64,000 nucleotides of DNA from Amoebophrya sp. A120 (Eukaryota > Protista > Dinoflagellata): positions 7,036,743-7,100,742 of the forward strand of contig CAJINV010000002.1 of NCBI GenBank assembly GCA_905178155.1, written 5' to 3'. The notes below the pieces were generated by a model that saw only the letters and a list, made by a program, of their open reading frames with translations, was not told the origin of the DNA and made no database searches. Positions 58,501-64,000 of the stretch are shown piece after piece. A program made the translations under genes and the position numbers. Positions within the stretch are counted from its first letter, which is position 1. Every line of letters begins with the position of its first letter.

Positions 58501-59570
58501 GAAGGAGCACCCCAGCGTCTACTACTATCGCGAGGTCCTCTGCTGCAGTCCAAGGGGCAGGATCTGCAGAGCAACATGTTCAACAGCAGCAGCGCGCCGT
58601 AGTTGTTGCCAGTAAAAACCAGGAAGGCCTAGTACCTCTACTTTCACCTGAGGATGAGGACGTCAAGGCGCCGCCCCCAGGTGCTTTTTCATCCAACACC
58701 TTACCAAGTTCCACTGCGCCGGCGCTACTTGAGGCTGAGTCTTCAGCCCCTCGCCTTACCGCCGAGGACACCAGCACTCGTTCCACATCTTCTTCGCGCC
58801 AGGCAATCTTCACCTCCGCAGCGCAAACGTCCAACACCATCCCGATTGTGCACGACATGAGCACGCCGATGCATGTTGACCAGGACGTGGAGCGGATTCA
58901 GTTGTTAAAAAAGAGGAGGAAGGAGCAGCTGGAAAATTTGCAACTCGATCACGACGAGCTTTACGACCTGGTTCCCTGGCACTATCAAGTGCAAAAATGT
59001 CTGGGTCTGGAAGGTTAGAACTTGTCATGCTAAATCTGAATGATGCTAAAATCTTTGTTGCGTGAGTACCAAAAGCTGTCCGCTTTTGACCAAGTCGAGA
59101 GGGAGTTTCTCATGCAGGAAAGGGATGATAGAGACCTCAAAAAATCTGTCATGCTGGGTCTCGCATTCCAGACCTCATGGGTCATGGAAAACCTGCGTCA
59201 CAAATCTTGCATTCTTCCAGACCCAGCCATTTTTATATTTGATAGGCACCTCGTCTCCACAATTCACAGCAAGGGGAGCCCGAGCGTGACACCGCCGGAA
59301 CACGGCGGGTCATCTGCTACGGCCTCGTGGGCGGGAGATCATGAGGTGCTTTCAACTATTGGCGGTGCAGGGATTTCCGTCGGCGTGGAGCAAGAACGTG
59401 GTCGTGCGACGGGAGATGCAAATCAGGCACAACAGCTGGGCGGCAGTGGAGGTGGAGCTGCTGCTGCCAGTGCATCGGGCGCCGCTGGCGGTGGTGCCAC
59501 AACTTCTGTTGATGTCAGAGATGGCGGAGAGGACGATGACGCGAGGAGCGCGAGCTCTCGGGTTGCTTGA
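55590..59570 (+). CDS. Large Ser-rich low-complexity protein, possible N-terminal signal/TM segment, function unknown
   Basis: 1189-aa ORF continues into ORF 59040 after introner removal; no recognisable domain; start codon uncertain. Confidence 0.6.
58983..59244. mobile_element. Introner, family A
   Basis: TATCAAGTGCAAAAATGTCTGGGTCTGGAAG...CTTCCAGACCCAGCCATTTTTATATTTGATA; DR GGCAC; removal gives LVPWH|LVSTI. Confidence 0.92.
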
Positions 59571-61239
59571 AGACATCGGAATAAGAGCAGTTGTCTTGCT
59601 GATTTCCTATGAAGATTTCGACAGTCTGCCACAGCTGCTCGTCAAGTTCCGTGATGCTGAAAAATTTTGCAATTGAGTACAGCCATACACTTTATTGGTT
59701 TCGAAAAATTATTCGGAAAATGAGAATAATTGAATGTACATGTTGACAACCAACAAGCGTATACAATGACAATGAGATGGAGATCAAAATAACGTACCAC
59801 TATCTTCAATTTTGCAGTGATATTGATAACAGTTTAAGATAGGATTAGAGCAGGAGCAGCTATTGGGCGAAGAGGTCCGCTCTAGGTTATAGACATCTTC
59901 ACAAATTCAAATGCCAAGCGGTAAGGTATCTCGTTCGCTCTAGTAATCGGAAAGACAACAAAAAACCGGCTACATCAACTTACACACACATTTCATTTCC
60001 ATATTGCCTGAATGCCAGGCGTGCTGGATCTATTTAATAGTCGTTTTCCAAAATAAATGACGCTGCTGCGAGGCGATTCATTTTTGAAAACTTCGCAATG
60101 GTCACACACGACAAACCAGGCGGATCGCATACCGGAGAAAGCACGTCGTAGGTCGGTTTGATTTCCAGTTGGAAGTGATACGACGAGATTGCTGATTTAT
60201 TTGCGAAATTCCAATTAATTTTGTAAATTGATTTCAAAAACGAACCGCAGTCCTGTATGAACGATGATATTAGCCGACATAAATGAGACTCGACAGAGTT
60301 CCAACATTGCGCGGAATTTATTGGTAGTTGTTCAGCCGTGGTCCGTTCCTGCGGAAAACATACCTGCTCCGATTCATTTCCATTCCCTTTTATTAGCAGC
60401 AGAAGTGTTCAGTTTCAGTTTCTCTTTCTCACCTCCTCAGTCGCAAAACGAAATCACATCGCTGAACAAACTTGTTTGCAGCAAAACGAAGACCAAGATC
60501 CAACTTGTTTGCAGCAGCTTTTGCAGATGCAGATACTTGATGAATACAGTTCCAGTTCGATTTTTCTTGCGTTATTTCATGGAAAGCCGTCCTCTTGAGG
60601 GCGAGTCAGATTGTTGAACAGAATTGACCCTCTACCTACTGGACGAAGTCGAGGGTCATTCGGACGCTGTGCAGCCCTTGATGCTTTCATCACCCCAGTG
60701 CGTTCTCCTTGATTTAATTTTCCAAACGTATTTCGACGCACGGACAGTATACTACCGACGTGCATGCAACCTGATAACTGTCAATACGAGCGACCTGCGC
60801 ACCGGCGGAGGAAAGAAGTCTATTGTGATCATGCGAACGACGAATACGAAAGAGCAAGCGCTTTTCTTTCTCGAAAAGAGACCGTTGAGTGCTGGGAGGT
60901 AAAAAGTGAATCACGATGGCATGCTGCGATTTGGGGCTTACGTGGCAATAGCGGAAATGTCGTGCTTCGTGTTTTCAGAATGGAGGCAGTCCGCCCGTGG
61001 TTGGCGTTGCCTCCCGCAATTCAAGCAGTGCGACTTGGCTTGCTTCAGGCGGCTGCTCCTTTTTCGATTCGCCCGGTGCTACGGCGCACGCGGGGCGAAC
61101 CATTTTGCGTCGCGCTTTTGCGCGCTTTTTTGCGAATCGCGACGGTATGAAAATTGTTGCAGTCGGTTTTTTGGTGCTCATGTTGAGCCGTTTGCGTGCC
61201 CGCGGGCGACGCGTCGCGCTGCGCCATACCGCGCGGATG

Positions 61240-62310
61240 GCCTTGCTCTTGCCTTGCTCTCGGCTTCTTGCCTTGTTCTCGGCTTCTTGCCGTGCTCTTG
61301 GCTTGCCTTGCCTTGCCCTCGTGCCTTGCCTTGCCCTCTTCGCTTGCCTTGCCCTCTTCGGTTGCCTTGCCCTCTTGGCTTGCCTTGCTCTCTTGGCTTG
61401 CCTTGCCCTCTTGGCTTGCCTTGCCTTGCCTTGCTCTCGGCTTGCCTTTCTCTTGGCTTGCCTTGCTCTCGGCTTGCCTTGCCCTTGGCTTGCCTTGCTC
61501 TTGGCTTGCCTTGCTTTGCTCTTGGCTCGCCTTGCTCGTGGCTTGCCTTGCCTGCCCTTGCTCTTGGCTTGCCTTGCTCTTGGCTTGCCTTGCTCTTGCC
61601 TTGCCTTGCCTTGCCTTGCCTTGCCTTGCCTTGCCTTGCCTTGCCTTGCCTTGCCTTGCCTTGNNNNNNNNNNNNNNNNNNNNNNNNNNNNNNNNNNNNN
61701 NNNNNNNNNNNNNNNNNNNNNNNNNNNNNNNNNNNNNNNNNNNNNNNNNNNNNNNNNNNNNNNNNNNNNNNNNNNNNNNNNNNNNNNNNNNNNNNNNNNN
61801 NNNNNNNNNNNNNNNNNNNNNNNNNNNNNNNNNNNNNNNNNNNNNNNNNNNNNNNNNNNNNNNNNNNNNNNNNNNNNNNNNNNNNNNNNNNNNNNNNNNN
61901 NNNNNNNNNNNNNNNNNNNNNNNNNNNNNNNNNNNNNNNNNNNNNNNNNNNNNNNNNNNNNNNNNNNNNNNNNNNNNNNNNNNNNNNNNNNNNNNNNNNN
62001 NNNNNNNNNNNNNNNNNNNNNNNNNNNNNNNNNNNNNNNNNNNNNNNNNNNNNNNNNNNNNNNNNNNNNNNNNNNNNNNNNNNNNNNNNNNNNNNNNNNN
62101 NNNNNNNNNNNNNNNNNNNNNNNNNNNNNNNNNNNNNNNNNNNNNNNNNNCTTGCTCTTGCTCTTGCTCTTGCTCTTGCTCTTGCTCTTGCTCTTGCTCT
62201 TGCTCTTGCTCTTGCTCTTGCTCTTGCTCTTGCTCTTGCTCTTGCCCTCGTGGCTTGCCTTGCCCTCGTGGCTTGCCTTGCTCTCTTGGCTTGCCTTGCT
62301 CTTGGCTTGC
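61240..62310. repeat. (CTTGC)n / (CTTGCT)n microsatellite block spanning an assembly gap
   Basis: Degenerate then perfect CTTGC repeats up to 61663, N run 61664-62150, then CTTGCT repeats. Confidence 0.95.
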
Positions 62311-62587
62311 AGCCATGCTTGAGCAAGGCAAGCGCTTCGCTTGCCTAGCGGATGCGAGCCATGAGCCGCGTCGCGGCGGCTCGGCGACTCGCGCGCGTGG
62401 CAGCGTCGTGTAACCACGGTTACCCGACGGCACTGGGGCTTTTGTGTGTTGGCGGCTAGTCCGATTGCTACTGTGGATGAGAACCGGGCCGACAACAATG
62501 TTCTCGGGCTTGTTCTCGCTGGGCTCATTTGCTTGCATTTTGCGGCAGTTTTCGATGCTGCGCTGTTGTGCTTGTGGTTTCTGGCAA

Positions 62588-63966
62588 GAGAGCGCGAGCA
62601 CTGTGTTCGCGCTCTGTTCGCGGAAGCCGCAAAAGCATGCGGATTAGCCGCCAAAAGCGGGCACGCGCGAACAGACGCGAGCACTGTGCTCGCGCTCTGT
62701 TCGCGGAGGCCGTAGCATGCGGATTAGCCGTCAAAAACGGCGCGCGCGAACAGAGCGCGAACAGCTCTGTTCGCGGAGGCCGTAGCATGCGGATTAGCCG
62801 CCAAAAGCGGGCACGCGAGAACAGAGCGCGAGCACTGTTTTCGCGCTCTGTTCGCGGAGGCCGTAGCGTGCGGATTAGCCTCAGCCGGCCGATGGCTCGC
62901 AAATTTGCCGCCTAAAAGGCTGCCGATTTTTTTCTAATATTGTGGGGCCCACATTGTTCCGGCTTGCGGCCCTTCTTTTTTCTTTTCGTCGCGGCCCCAC
63001 GAGTCTGGGGCCCCAAGGGTTCTGGAGGTAGTCCGGGCAAGGGATTTTTCGTCGGTAGTTTTTGCAGGTTTTGGAAATTGGGGCGCTGGGGATTTTTTTT
63101 AATTTTTTTGGCGAAGATTGCCCGCCCCAGCGTCTGCAGGGCCCGTGGCGCATCGGGGCCCGGGGTTTCCAAGGTTTGCGTCCCTGTGATTTTAGTTTTT
63201 GCCGCAGAGGGAAGCGGCGCGATTGTTTTCCATTTGTCTCGGGCCGCATATCAATGGCCCCGGCCCGCCCGGCCGAGGTTTATGAGGGGCGCAGAGGTGG
63301 GGTTGGGGGGGGCTAATTTGGGGTCTAATTTCGCGTCTAATTTGTTTCTAATTCAAGCATAGGGAATGCGAAAGGGTTTGCAATGAAAAAAATTAGCCGT
63401 GATTTAGCCAGGAATTTAGGCGCGAAGTTAGTCGCCTGCCTTAGCATCGATTTAGGCAAGGAATTAGTCGGGGCAAGAGGTGCCCCGCCCGGTCTGTTTC
63501 CGGCTAGGTGGTTGCTGTTGATCATTTCGCCGGGCGGTTTCCCGGTTTTTTGTGTGGGCGAATTGCCGCCCCCCCCTAATCTTGCACATCGCGCCTGGCC
63601 TCCCCTCGGGGTCGCCTCCCTTCTGGGCCATTTTCTCTCTGGATGGGAGGAGCCCGAGGGCGCTAGGTATTTGGCCGCGAAGTTCTTGGCCCCGTTCGTT
63701 TTTGGTGTCCCGCCCCCCATGATTTTTGCCCGGTGGTCTTCGGGTTGGGTGTTGTCTTTGGCGGCATTGCCGCCACTTTCTTTTTTTGTTTTCCTTCGCG
63801 ACATTAGAAAAAATATAGCAAGTTTTAAGCCTCGGAGAATGCCCGGGGCCGGCTGCCTGATTAGCCTTCAAAAAGGGCGCGCGCGAACAGAGCGCGAGCA
63901 CTGTGCTCGCGCTCTGTTCGCGGCACCGTAGCAGGCGGATTAGCCGTCAAAAAGGGCACGCGCGAA
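62588..63966. repeat. GC-rich satellite with palindromic ~70-80-bp units
   Basis: Unit GCGAACAGAGCGCGAGCACTGTGCTCGCGCTCTGTTCGCGGAGGCCGTAGCATGCGGATTAGCC, about 4 copies at 62588-62880 and again at ~63858-63966. Confidence 0.85.
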
Positions 63967-64000
63967 CACGCGAACGCCGAGAACACCCAAATCCGCGGAC

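Noticed and set aside
60906-62684. Long ORFs on both strands across the gap
   Set aside because: Translations of stop-free microsatellite and N runs.

Overview
Eukaryotic genomic DNA, most consistent with the parasitic dinoflagellate Amoebophrya. This is an inference from gene style, intron type and a dinoflagellate spliced-leader-like motif. About nine protein genes lie head-to-tail, all on the + strand: a coiled-coil protein (5' partial), a giant WD40/TRP-like channel, an SLC35-type transporter, a bacterial-type glucokinase, an unknown protein, a DSP-fold probable pseudophosphatase, kynurenine 3-monooxygenase, a GPR107/TMEM87-like 7-TM protein and a low-complexity protein. The main hidden structure is 22 MITE-like insertions inside coding exons. 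They have mostly TAT...ATA terminal inverted repeats (TIRs), 5-bp flanking direct repeats (DRs) and no GT-AG ends. Removing each element plus one DR copy restores the reading frame, in several cases rebuilding conserved motifs, so they behave as non-canonical 'introner' introns. They fall into at least four TIR families, occur in both orientations and share an internal GCATNACAA motif. One carries a nested 1.85-kb foldback element. The 40.6-44.5 kb intergenic region has four copies of a 41-53-bp motif ending in TCAAG, an SL-like TTTTGGCTCAAG|GT and a double palindrome. The window ends in microsatellite and satellite DNA around an N gap. Coordinates were read by eye and may be off by a base or two.
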